Source of the DNA: Anthoceros angustus
Lineage: Eukaryota; Plantae; Anthocerotophyta
Direction: 5' to 3'
Assembly: GCA_010909165.1 (NCBI GenBank)
Contig: MU008177.1
Coordinates: 1,107,309-1,171,308 of the forward strand
Length of the DNA: 64,000 nt
Shown here: positions 1-10,814 of the stretch, in pieces
Layout of the letters: every line of letters begins with the position of its first letter
Numbering within the stretch: position 1 is the first letter of the stretch
Notes under the pieces: generated by a model
Told to the model about the DNA's origin: nothing
The model's input: the letters and a program-made list of their open reading frames with translations, nothing else
The model's database searches: none
Translations under genes and position numbers: made by a program

Positions 1-593
1 ATCCGCAAGCATGTGGTGAAAGTTCAACAACTCATGCTAGTGTGATACTAATCTACGCACTTGGGTTTAGTGTTTGATTAGCATTAATTAATCTAATTAC
101 TTATCTTTAAGTAAGTAATTAGTGTTAATTAATCTAAAGTGCTTATGTTAATTAAGCGTTGATTAGTGTTAATTAATCTAATGTGCTTATGTTAATTAAG
201 CATTGATTAGTGTTAATTAAACATGGTTAGCAATAGCTAAGTGGATAAGCTCAAGTAATATTTCCTTGCATATTATAGTGTATTCTTAGGATACAATAGC
301 TAAGTGGATAAGCTCAAGTAATATGCTTTGGCATATTCCTTGCATATTATAGTGTATTCTTAGGATATTTCGGCATATCGATGCCAATAGGATATCTTAG
401 GAATATGATGCCAGGTCTAGTATATAGACCCTTCCATTGAGGACAAGCTCGATCATAGCTTGTCCTCTAGATATGCAATGCAAGAGCGAGGAGGCCAAAG
501 CTATGACCCGAGGCGATGTGTGAGGAATTTGCGTGTTGTTCTCGTGGGAGAGTGTGTTTGTGCCACGACGTGCTACTCCTCCCTGTTGTTACA
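1..593 (+). repeat. 5' LTR of DNMT-carrying Ty3/gypsy element (left end outside or at the window edge)
   Basis: 42-583 matches 8065-8610 (gtgatactaatct..cacttgggtttagtgtttgattagcattaattaatc...gctactcctccc). It ends in TGTTACA at 587-593. Confidence 0.85.
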
Positions 594-609
594 AGCTATG
601 ATCTCGGCA

Positions 610-740
610 CTAGGTGATGCTAGGCGATGCTAGGCGATGCTAGGCGTGCTAGGCGATGCTAGGCGCTAGGCGATGCTAGGCGATGCTAGGCGATGCTAGG
701 CGATGCTAGGTGATGCGAAGGCTGCTAGGCGCTAGGCGAG
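610..740. repeat. Tandem 10-mer repeat (CTAGGCGATG)n
   Basis: About 11 imperfect copies read directly. Confidence 0.9.
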
Positions 741-789
741 CCACGAGGCAACGCTAGTTCTTTAAGCAAGTGCAAGGGACTAAGTGTGC

Positions 790-1110
790 CCAAGGCTTAG
801 GCCAAGGAGAGAGGCAAGAAGCCCAAGTCCAAGGCCAAGGAGAGGAGGAGAAGAAGCCCAAGCCCAAGGCCAAGGAGAGGAGGCAGCCCAAGCCCAAGGC
901 CAAGGAGAGGAGGCAAGAAGCCCAAGTCCAAGGCCAAGGAGAGAGGCGAAGCCCAAGTCCAAGGCCAAGGAGAGGAGGAGAAGAAGCCCAAGCCCAAGGC
1001 CAAGGAGAGAGGAGGCGAAGAAGCCCAAGTCCAAGGCCAAGGAGAGGAGGCGAAGAAGCCCAAGTCCAAGGCCAAGGAGAGGAGGCAAGAAGCCTACCAA
1101 GGAGAGGAAT
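790..1110. repeat. Purine-rich minisatellite (units like CCCAAGTCCAAGGCCAAGGAGAGGAGGCGAAGAAG)
   Basis: About 10 variant copies of a ~27-36 bp unit. It accounts for the low-complexity ORFs at 754-1296. Confidence 0.9.
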
Positions 1111-1265
1111 GAGGCTCCAAAGGCCTTTAAGGCCAACCAACCAAGGGAGAAACAAGAGTATTTTACTCTTGGGCCCTGGATTCAAGGGATAAGGGGAAGC
1201 GGATAGACATGGGTATGTCATCAGTCCATGTGATTTCACTTTCTGTCCAAAAGTCCTAGTTTGTC

Positions 1266-1317
1266 GGCACCCCATCCAGGTACTGATCCACCCCACGGGT
1301 GCTTAACTCTGGAGTTC
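1266..1317 (-). promoter_or_regulatory. 5S rRNA-derived Pol III internal promoter fragment (box A / IE / box C), Cassandra-TRIM-like remnant
   Basis: The reverse complement GAACTCCAGAGTTAAGCACCCGTGGGGTGGATCAGTACCTGGATGGGGTGCC aligns to plant 5S GAACTCCGAAGTTAAGCGTGCTTGGGCGAGAGTAGTACTAGGATGGGTGACC. The 5' and 3' ends of 5S are not present in order. Confidence 0.7.
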
Positions 1318-1639
1318 CTACGTCTTTGCTATCCAACTCACCCACTTCTTTTGACTATGATATAGCCTGCAGAGTATTTCTATGCGATTTTAACATGCAT
1401 ACATACTTAGAGGTTTCACTAATCACGATCTAAGATAGCGGGGTGTGTTAACCTTGATTAAGGGTTTGATCTAGCCACTAACCGCCTGGAGTGCTCGACA
1501 CACTCGATCCGGACGGAGCTACCAACCAACAAGTCCATCGAGCGAATTCAAGTCCCGACCAAGAGGGAGAAGTGCCACCGATTTTGGTACCACAAGGACG
1601 CGGAGGAACCCAGACACACAATCAACAATCTTTGAAGGA

Positions 1640-2800
1640 TCCGTGAGTGGCAACACACAAGACACGTTAGTGCTGCCGGACAACTCGGAAGCGAGAGGAG
1701 GACTTGTCTCTTGGAGTCGTCAAGATGGGAGGAGACAAGGATCGAATGGAGTTGTTCACAGACGAGCGGCACCTTGCCACCGGAGGACTTCATCGAGAAG
1801 TACGGTGTGTGCGGAGATGGAATTGAAGACCGGATACACGAAGCGATACGGCTTCATCCAAATGCAAGTACTTGGGGATGAAGCATTGGCGTGCTATCGC
1901 GAGCACAAGGCGAGGCTGTTGAGCGCACATGGAGGACCAGTGAGTAGCAGTTCAAGCTCAAGGAACCAGACGGGGCGGTGGCACCGAGTGGGCACGATCC
2001 CATCAAGAGATGTTTGACATCTTCCTACCGGAGTTCCTGCAAGCACGGATGAGAAGATCTCGTGACACACACTTCAAGATGAAGTCAGCGAGACTGCAAG
2101 ATGGCTTATCAAGAATCGACCAGTTGGTACGTGACACCAAGATCATGAGTGACCGACCGCAGAGAAGTACTTGGGCATTGCCATATGCACGCATGAAGGT
2201 GCAACAAGCGGTGCATGCACGGGGGCAACACTACACCCTCAAGGAAGTGTACGAGATGGTCGACAAGATAGGGCCCGCGACACTTTCTCTCGCTGTCAAG
2301 TGATTACTCCAAAGACAAGTAGGAGTGGTGGACGACATGACCGACGCGGAGGTCGAGTGGAGGAGCTCGGCGAGACAAGCCAGCCCACCCCAAGTGACGA
2401 GCCCCGTGAGGTGCCGAGGACGGACCATTCCCTCATGAGTGCGAGCATGCATTCGGAGGAGTCAAGGGTGAGGAGCCATGCCCTAGGTGTGGAGGTACGG
2501 CACAATGAAGCGGCATGTTGGAGAAGCATCCGAATTGCGGCCTACGGGTTATCGAGCAGCAACCCCGCCAATGCATCCGCCAACCTCATCCACAAAATCG
2601 AAGAGCAAAGGCGCCGTGGAGGAGGCACCCAAGTCCCGTGGACAAAAGAAACGGGAAGCATCAAAGAAGACGATGGATGCACGTGGCACGCCTTGCAAAG
2701 CTGGAGAAGTTGGTGCGGAAGGCGAAGATCAAGGAGAGCAGTTCATCATCGAGGACGAAGAAGATGAGCACAAGCTTGGATACATGTCGTGACCGATCCA
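1640..2800 (+). pseudogene. gag region of Ty3/gypsy (frameshifted)
   Basis: Position between the LTR and the protease; broken coding-like ORFs 1643-2017, 2010-2303 and 2487-2792. No diagnostic motif recognised. Confidence 0.55.
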
Positions 2801-3016
2801 AGGGCAGGAAGAAACCGCAGCTACGAGAGAAGATAGCTCGAGGAAGAAGAGGATGTCTTGACACCGAGCGGAAGACACGGAAGGAAGCTTCGGATCCTCT
2901 TCCCGAACCTATGCCAAGATGCCAAAGTCGTTTGAGCCATTGCCAGGAGCAACTGTGGAGCAACATCAAAGTCCAGTGGGCGATGTGGAGAAACCCATGC
3001 GATTGCGACGGAGACG

Positions 3017-3650
3017 ATGGCACAAAAGCTCGGAGATGCCATGTTTCACCTACAAGACATGGGGTTGAGCGTGAAGGAAGTCAGGGGTTTGACTCGGCGG
3101 ATGTTGACAACCCTTGAAGACGAAGCAAGTGTCGACAATGTGCCACAACAGGTGGCAATGATGTCATTGCTGACCTCGGAGCCAAGCATCTCTGTGGAGA
3201 AGCGGAATGCTGCACGAGTGGGAGTGGCTTTGGTCAACAATCAAGAGAGGCACATTGAAATCAATGGATTCGCACCAAGGAGGGTGTTGATTGACACCGG
3301 AGCACAGCCGGTGATCGTTGGAAGAAGAGTGAAGGAAGCGTTGGGTCTCCACCAAGAAAGGTTGAAGGAAACCAAGTGGAAGATCCACACACCGGGACCA
3401 CGGAGCATGTGTTGGGGTGACAAGGTACAAGCTGAAGGTTTCATTCAAAACAAACAGACTTCACCTTTGTCGAGGTACACCGCTTGGTCACCGATGCGAC
3501 ACTTTTGATGTCTTGGGAGCGGACGCTTTGTACAAACCTCGAGTCATGGTGGATTTGTGGACGGAGACATACTATCGACCAGCCGGAGAAGCTGGAGCAA
3601 AACCGATGAACGGATTGCCCGCATCCCTCTACACTGCATGGCAAGGATCA
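3017..3650 (+). pseudogene. Retroviral-type aspartic protease domain
   Basis: RRVLIDTGAQPVIVGRR (D-T-G catalytic motif) in ORF 3017..3508. Confidence 0.85.
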
Positions 3651-3959
3651 TGAGAACCTCATTGCCAACAGCGTCTACCCGTGTTTGGCGCCAGAGTGAA
3701 GGACACGCCATACGTGCTTGAACCTCTTGGCGTGTGTCTAACAACCGCAATCGACCCGATGGAGGATTTCGAGGAGGAGGAAAACAAGCTAGGGTTGCAA
3801 CCACCCGGAGGAGGTTCTTCAAGTCACTGGACGGAGCTGGTGATGCAGCAATGAGCAAAAGTGTGGAGGATGGTGCAAGAGGACCGGTCCTATGAGAGAA
3901 CTAAGTTCTTGCCTAGGGTTGAGCCTGTTTGTGACCTAAACACCTGTGTCATCACATGG

Positions 3960-4860
3960 CGACCTCGGAAGACGGCATAGTGCTCGTGGAACTCTTTGGA
4001 GGCATCGACGGCTTGAAGCTAAAGTGTGGCATCAAAGTGCGAAGATACGTGCATTGTGACCCGGATCCAAAAGCAAGGATTGTGTCACGAAGCGTAAGAG
4101 ACTTGATGGGGAGTACTAACCTCCGACGTGGAGTGTGAAGGGTTACCTATACCGCCGATGGATGTTCGCATGATAGGGTTGTCCCATTTGAGTTGTCTTG
4201 GGCAACCGTGGACCTTGTCATCGCAGTTGGGAGTGTCAAGGACTATCCTCTGCAGTAAGGGTCAAGGTCTCAAGGATCCATAACAGCATTGTTCTATGAC
4301 TGATGAGGATCTTGCGCTTGATCCGTAAAGGGCAAGAAAGGCCTTGTGGATACATGTTGGAGAATGTGCCAAGATGCATGAGCGTGAAGAAGCAAGTTCG
4401 GAGGACTTTGCCACGATCCGAGGAGTGTTGGGTCGAGCTTCTATTGGATGCACTCAATTTGGTTCGAGGGCTCATAGGTTGAGGTCCATGTGGACTAACC
4501 TTGCTCCTTGGAACATTTGAAGTGTGCGAGGTCGCTCACCAAGCGACCTAATCATGTTGTCAAGGATGTGCTAGCATCGGAAGGCATGCCCAACAAGTCA
4601 TCAAGACTGCCGCCGCACTTCCTGTGAACACGCCTGACACCCCATGGCGGCTTGGCCAACCTTTGTGTCTAAGTCCAAGTCTTACGCCTTCAGGAACCAT
4701 GGCCCCGGTGGTGGATGACATGGCGAGGTTTTGGGAGAGCCACCACGAGAGGAGTTGGCCATGGATTTGATGCCGGAGCAAGACACCGGAGTGACCGAGA
4801 AGGAACGGTGTCGATTGCTTGGGCAAGCATTTGACGTGAACATGATGACTGGTTGTTTAG
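3960..4860 (+). pseudogene. C5 cytosine DNA methyltransferase domain embedded in pol (frameshifted)
   Basis: Motif I IVLVELFGGI (3977-4006), motif II YVHCDPDP, motif IV VDLVIA[G]WECQGLSSA[G]KGQGLKDP (Cys TGT 4234-4236), motif VI YMLENVP (4351-4371), motif VIII QFGSRAHRLRSMWTNL (4455-4500), motifs IX-X ERCRLLGQAFDVN (~4803-4841). Confidence 0.88.
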
Positions 4861-5099
4861 CGCCGAGTCGCTTACCAACTTCAAACCAAGAAGGCGGGGT
4901 TGAAGCGGGTTCGGTGGGTGAAGGATATTCCGACTCGCATCTCAACAGGAGAAGGCGAGTTTGGAGGGCAAGGAGAGCGAGCACGTAGAGGAAGCGTGCA
5001 AGCCATCGAGCCACGCCCACATGAGTGGTTAACAGGCCGAGTTGAAGAGCAATCAACGGCCGCCTAAAGGAGTTGTTGGAGGCATCGCGACATGTGTTT

Positions 5100-6360
5100 G
5101 CTTTCACGCTATGGAGATGGGGAAGTACACCAAAGGGAAGTTCCACATAGAATCGACCACGGATGAACCAAAGTGTTCAGAGAGGGTGAAGGCTGAGTGG
5201 GATTTGGTTGAGAATCGATGCCAAGAGCTTCTCAAGCTAGGGCTGATTCGACGATCTAACTCGCAGTACGCAGCTGCGACAGTGCTTCCGAAAAAGAAGG
5301 ATGAGAATGGATTGTGGACGGAGAGGAGAATGTGTGGTGACTATCGGCCGTTGAACGAGCGAATCCCACATGACCACTATCCCATGCCGACGGCCGAAGA
5401 GATCTTCGACACCATTGGGTCTGCCAAGTTCTTCTCAACATTGGACTTGAGGCTAGGGTTTCACCAAGTAGAGATCGCCGAAGAAGACAAGAAGAAAACG
5501 GCGTTCTGGGGCAGAGATTGCTTGTACGAGTGGAACTACATGCCATTTGGGTTGAAGACATCGCCAACGCAGTTCCAAAGATACATGGACAATGAGCTCA
5601 AGGACTTGCCTTTCGCCAAGTGCTACATTGATGATGTCATCATCTTCAGCAATACCTTTGAGGAGCATCTACAACATCTTCGAGCAGTCTTTGCTAGACT
5701 GGCTGCCTGGGTTGAAGGCCCATCCAGGGAAGTGTCGATTTGGAGAGGACAAGGTGTTGTACTTGGGTCATTGGATCACGCCTGACGGGATCTCGCCGCA
5801 TGCCACCAAGGTGGAGGCAATCGCGCGCATTCCCAGGCCAAACGACATCTCGAAGTTGAGGGCATTCTTGGGGTTGGCAGGTTACTACAGGAAGTTCATT
5901 CCGCGGATGAGCAGGATTGCGCGGCCATTGAATGACTTGTTGAAGAAGTTGGTGACTTGGCGTTGGACTCAAGAGGAGGAGTCAGCTTTCATGGAGTTGA
6001 AGGGTAGACTCATGAGCTCGCCAATTCTTGGTCATCCAAACTTGAAGCGCTCGATTTTACATCGATTGGAGCAAGTACGATAGGCGCCTTGGCGCAGATC
6101 AATGACAAGGAAGAGGAACATGTCATTGCCTATGCCACGGAGCAACAACCAAAGCGGAGTCCAACTACTCTGCCTATGAAGGAGAATGTCTTGCAGCAGT
6201 GTGGGCAGTGGACACTTTCGTCCGTACTTGTTTGGACATCAATTTCGAGATCACCACCATCAACCCTTGCATTGGTTGATGACGAACGCCAAGCTTAAGG
6301 TGGCGAGGTGGGCTCTCATTCTCCGTGAGTATGACTTTGTCATCGAACACCGAGCGTAGA
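5100..6360 (+). pseudogene. Reverse transcriptase-RNase H of Ty3/gypsy
   Basis: RMCGDYRPLN, STLDLRLGFHQV, KTAFWG, YMPFGLK, CYIDDVIIFS, LRAFLGLAGYYRKFI, EEHVIAYA. Confidence 0.95.
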
Positions 6361-6699
6361 GTTCACTCTAATGCCGATGGGTTGTCAAGGAATCCTCTAC
6401 CGTAACGAAGACACTAGGGCCGTGCAAGATTCGATGACGAGCAATGGGGAGAGTAGTCCAGATACCATGTTGGCTATGCCGCATGAGGATGTCAAGATGC
6501 CCTCCACTCATCGCTTTGTATGCAGAGTCCGTCAGGGACATCTGGGCGGATGCAATAGCGGTGACCTTCCTAAGGTCGGGAATTGCCACAAGGGCTTTCA
6601 TCTCGAGCAGGCCAAGCTACGAGAAGGTGGCTCGATTATTGGAAGGAGGACATAATGTATGTCCGTGATTCTGGGAGATAGAATTGTACCCAAGCCGGA

Positions 6700-7400
6700 G
6701 GACGGGTGAGACTCATCACCTGTGCATGAAGGCTTAGGGCATTTTGGTGCTAAGCGCACCTACAAGATGCTCAGCCCACACACTTTGGGCAAGGATGTAT
6801 GGAGATGTGGAAAGGTCGCACGTCGAGTGTGCGATCGAGTGAAGGCAAGGTTCATACCAATGATGTTGTGCTTCACTCCGATCCGAGGACTCTTCTACGT
6901 GGAGTGTGGATCTCATGCCGACATGCCGAGACGCAGATCGGAAACAAGCATGTCATGCTAATGGTGGAGCATTTCAGCAAGTGGTGCGAGGTTGCCATCT
7001 TACCCAAGCGTGACTCTCACCAAGAAGGCGTTCTTGGCTTCCGTTCTTAGTCGATATGGAGCATGCGAGGTTCTCACCGACCAGGGCAAAGAATTCGTGG
7101 GGAATTTCAAGACTTGCTTGACAGAGCTTGATTGATCATCGACGCCGAGAGATCATCCTCAAGCCGATGGACTTGCCGAACGCTTGGTGCACCTTCAAGC
7201 GGCCTTGCGCAAATATTGTCTCACAAATGACCAAGACATGGGATGAAGGGATGCCATACCTAGTGCTAGGGTGTGGTGAGCAATCAAGCACCTTGAGCAA
7301 TTTTTCACCATACTACTTGTTGTATGGGCGACAACCATTTTGCCAAACGTGAGGCAAGCAAGGCTACAAGCACTGGATTGGCGCAATGCGGATGATTGCC
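6700..7400 (+). pseudogene. Integrase of Ty3/gypsy (frameshifted)
   Basis: HEGLGHFGAKRTY...VCDRVK (HHCC), MVEHFSKWCEV, VLTDQGKEF, YYLLYGRQP. Confidence 0.88.
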
Positions 7401-7755
7401 TACGAGACCGGAAAGGCGGGCGAGCTTTTCAAACGGATCATGCCCATGGCAATGGAGAACCTTGCCATAGCGCAACATGGGATCAATGCGCTATGCTTAC
7501 ACACGAGGAGGGACATGGAAACCCAAGGTGCGCAAGTTCAAGTTGGAGATTATGTCTACGCGGAAGCCGTGCAACACCTTGGAGGTATCCACCACAGTCA
7601 TCTTGCGGTCGTGCGAGTAGGCAAAGATGGAGTGCTTGAGCTCAAGGATCCGATGGTCAAGATGGAAGGATCACCTCAAGAATCGCGCACCATGCCACTT
7701 ACCCAATTTGGACCCTCAACTACGGCCCATAATGTGGCCCACCCAAAGACTTGGA

Positions 7756-7897
7756 GTGTCGTTTGTGGACGATCGATGATGATGATGTAATGCTTCTTTG
7801 TGATCGGTGCAATAGGGGATACCACATGTTTTGTGTTCAACCACCTCTTGACGACATTCCCGAGGAAGATTGGTTTTGTGCACAATGCACTACATGA
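7756..7897 (+). CDS. PHD finger at the C-terminus of pol
   Basis: Own translation from ATG 7790: MLLCDRCNRGYHMFCVQPPLDDIPEEDWFCAQCTT*. It is preceded (one indel away) by C-R-x-C-G-R-S-D-D-D-D-V, giving the full C4HC3 pattern. Confidence 0.9.
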
Positions 7898-7960
7898 GGT
7901 GCGACGATGTAGTCCTACTAATGATAATGTTTTGACTTGGAGTCTCACATTATCGGGGGA

Positions 7961-8616
7961 TTGGTTTGCACCTATATACCGTATTAGATTTGTTTGCTTG
8001 GTTGTTGGTCGAGGAAGTGCTTATATGAATTCAAGTGCTTACCTCGTATGCATACCGCCATGCCGTGATACTAATCTGCACTTGGGTTTAGTGTTTGATT
8101 AGCATTAATTAATCTAATTACTTATCTTTAAGTAAGTAATTAGTGTTAATTAATCTAAAGTGCTTATGTTAATTAAGCATTGATTAGTGTTAATTAATCT
8201 AATGTGCTTATGTTAATTAAGCATTGATTAGTGTTAATTAAACATGGTTAGCAATAGCTAAGTGGATAAGCTCAAGTAATATGCTTTGGCATATTCCTTG
8301 CATATTATAGTGTATTCTTAGGATACAATAGCTAAGTGGATAAGCTCAAGTAATATGCTTTGGCATATTCCTTGCATATTATAGTGTATTCTTAGGATAT
8401 TTCCGCATACCGATGCCAATAGGATATCTTAGAATAATGCCGGTCTAGTATATAGACCCTTCCATTGAGGACAGCTCGATCATAGCTTGTCCTCTAGATA
8501 TGCAATGCAAGAGCGTTGTGAGGAGGCCAAAGCTATGACTCCGGTGAAATGTGAGGAATTTGCACCTCGGGGAGAGTGTGTTTTGTGCCACGACGCGAGC
8601 TACTCCTCCCGTGTTA
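7961..8616 (+). repeat. 3' LTR of DNMT-carrying Ty3/gypsy
   Basis: Follows the PPT at 7953-7960 and matches 42-583. Confidence 0.85.
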
Positions 8617-8690
8617 TTGGTTTGCACCTATATACTGCGTATTAGATTTGTTTGCTTGGTTGTTGGTCGAAGTGCTTATATGAATTCATG
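8612..8690 (+). repeat. Second, partial copy of the LTR 5' end in tandem with the 3' LTR
   Basis: ttggtttgcacctatata..gtattagatttgtttgcttggttgttggtcga..gtgcttatatgaattca repeats 7961-8032. Confidence 0.8.
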
Positions 8691-10060
8691 TTTACTCCGA
8701 TACAACCTCGCATACACAAGGAAGCAGTCTTAGCCAGGCAAACCAAAATGGAAGGACGGCGAAAGTAGTGATACCAACAACTTGGCTATGGCTTTTGGGA
8801 TGCGAATCAAGAAGCTCCACACATTGTGTTGCCTAGTAACCCCTTGGTGGCACCAATATGTAAGACAAAATTGAGATGGCAAAAGAAAACGTTGATTTTA
8901 TTAAACCAAGACATGTGTCAAGTATGATACCGCATTTGAGCGTTGATTAGCTTTTGGGATAGCCTACATTATGGAGCAATGGTGAGATGAGTGGCATGCA
9001 TGAAGAACCTCAACTAAACAAGTGTTGGAAACTTTGCCGAGAATGAGCAACAGATCAAACGATATGTTGGTTTGGAGGAAGTTGTGTGTAAGAAGAAAAG
9101 ACGTGAAGTGGAACATAGGCGCTTGATAAAGGGTGGATTGATGAGCTGAAATAGGCTTTTGGTTTTGAAGTGACCAATCTACTTTTGTAGGTGCCGAGAG
9201 GAGATAGCAGAGACTCGCTTTGATCGGGTCAATTACGCCGCCTTAGAAGGTCGAATCCACTCTTCCGGTTTTAGAAGGTGAGAATTGACTCAATGCCAAG
9301 AGATGCACTATGTACAAAGAACTCCTCCAAACCCGTGAGGAAACTTAAGCACTAAAGCGCTGTAAGAGGTGCCCATTCCCTACCACCACCGATCATGTCG
9401 ATCGAACATGCTTCCGGCCAGCCTTCGCCACCTTCTGGACCGAACCCGAGTTGCACACGTTTGTGAAGGATCGCATGTGCTTCATGCCATACTCACCAAC
9501 GAGCCACACTCACTCGTAAGCCCGCACCTACATTCATGCATCCGACATCCAGATTAACCTCAAATCTTTGTGAAAGAGAAACAAACATTACGACCAGCTC
9601 CAGCTCGCCCACTTACCACGGCCTTGAGGCAATCGCCGTCCGACAAGAGGCAAGGCGGCTTCCGTAATGCTGCCAACATTTCGTGCCCCCACTCATACCC
9701 AAAGACCAACACCGGAGTCGATGTGCACGTCGAGACATTATTCTTGCCATGTCTGGCGGCTTTCACTTTGTTCAAATTCCGTGAATGCTTGTACCGGAAA
9801 ATCACCGCAAAGGGTACAAGGAAGAGAAGGATCGATGTCGACATGCAAAACCAGCACTCCCCTTCCAAAGTTCAGCAAATCCACATGAAGAGTAATGATG
9901 CTTGTACCTTGTGCCAATAGTGCAGATCAAGATGACGTTGATTCACGCCAACTGACTCGTGATTGTTCCCAAAATGCCCATGTCCAACAAGGTAGGCCTC
10001 ACGCTCGCCGTGAGGGTCATAGCCTAAGAAGAGAGATAATTTGTCCGCGTATTGCATCAC

Positions 10061-10263
10061 ATGTGAGCCGATCCGTAAGTGTTGTCATTCGAGGTCCTCT
10101 TCTTCACCGCCACGTAAGAGGAACATCAACAAGGAGATGAACACAAATGAGTCCCGAATTGAAACATGTGAGCCGATCCGTAAGTGTTGTTATTCGAGGT
10201 CCTCTTCTTCACCACAAGAGGAACATCAACAAGGAGATGAACACAAATGAGTCCCGAATTGAA
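10061..10263. repeat. 105-bp tandem duplication
   Basis: atgtgagccgatccgtaagtgttg...gagtcccgaattgaa starts at both 10061 and 10166. Confidence 0.85.
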
Positions 10264-10814
10264 GGAACAGATCGTGTGAAGGAATGTCTCTCAAAACTAA
10301 CAAGAGGACGTGAGATGCGAGTTTCTACACTCACCGCGAGGTAATCGATCTACATGCGCGTGAATCCAGTGGTCTCTCATGAACATGGTTTTAGGCTGGT
10401 CTCCGTGATCTGCACCGGCAGCAGGCGTCTTGTCGACCGCACTGGATCGGTTCACCGCGATGAGAAGTGCATAGCTTTGAAAACCGATTTGAAACTCGGA
10501 CTTCAAACCGACGGGTTTGAATTCTTTCATCCCGTATGGGCGGCATGGAAATGCACAGAACGGGTGCAAAACCCGAGTATGCGACGGGAACCACAAACCG
10601 ATGTTGCCATGTCGTAGGGTCGGAAGTTCCGCAAGTTGCGCCAGACATCGGGTTGCGCCAAGACGGTGTGCATCAGACGATTTGTTTTAATGGCCATGTG
10701 CATCGATGGGAAAGCTAGGCCCCGAACGTCATGTTCTCTATTGCAAGGGAAGGCGAGTTCCTTCCATTTAGGGAGCGCCCTTACACCCTGCTCAATGGGT
10801 TTGGTTTAGGGCTA

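Larger units (their letters stand above)
1..8616 (+). mobile_element. Ty3/gypsy LTR retrotransposon: gag-PR-DNMT-RT-RNaseH-INT-PHD, frameshifted
   Basis: Paired LTRs (1-593 and 7961-8616). Motifs in order: protease VLIDTGAQPVI (~3280), C5-MTase (3960-4860), RT CGDYRPLN..YIDD (5335-5640), RNase H (~6050-6350), integrase HxxLGHFG...VLTDQGKEF (6720-7100), PHD (7756-7897). Purine tract TCGGGGGA at 7953-7960. Confidence 0.93.

Noticed and set aside
610-1110. CRISPR-like array
   Set aside because: The units are contiguous with no unique spacers, the context is eukaryotic, and there are no cas genes. The same applies to the satellite at 63805-63996.
754-1296. Five overlapping 90-180 aa ORFs on both strands
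   Set aside because: They are translations of a stop-free minisatellite (QGQGE / LGLGL / SPSPRPR), not proteins.
1266-1317. Functional 5S rRNA gene
   Set aside because: Only the ~50-bp internal control region is similar. The 5' third and an ordered 3' end with a T-run terminator are absent.
3960-4860. Bacterial contamination or restriction-modification gene as the source of the MTase
   Set aside because: The domain lies between the protease and RT of an LTR-bounded element, in a window with spliced plant genes. There is no cognate endonuclease or operon.
8765-8790. Possible minus-strand PBS (GTGATACCA) marking another LTR element
   Set aside because: No adjacent TG..CA LTR end or partner LTR could be identified, and a 7-9 nt match is expected by chance.
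9369-10720. Several short ORFs on both strands
   Set aside because: No recognisable motif; left unannotated rather than guessed.
10805-10811. TTTAGGG next to the RLE fragment as a telomeric target site
   Set aside because: It is a single unit only, which is insufficient evidence.
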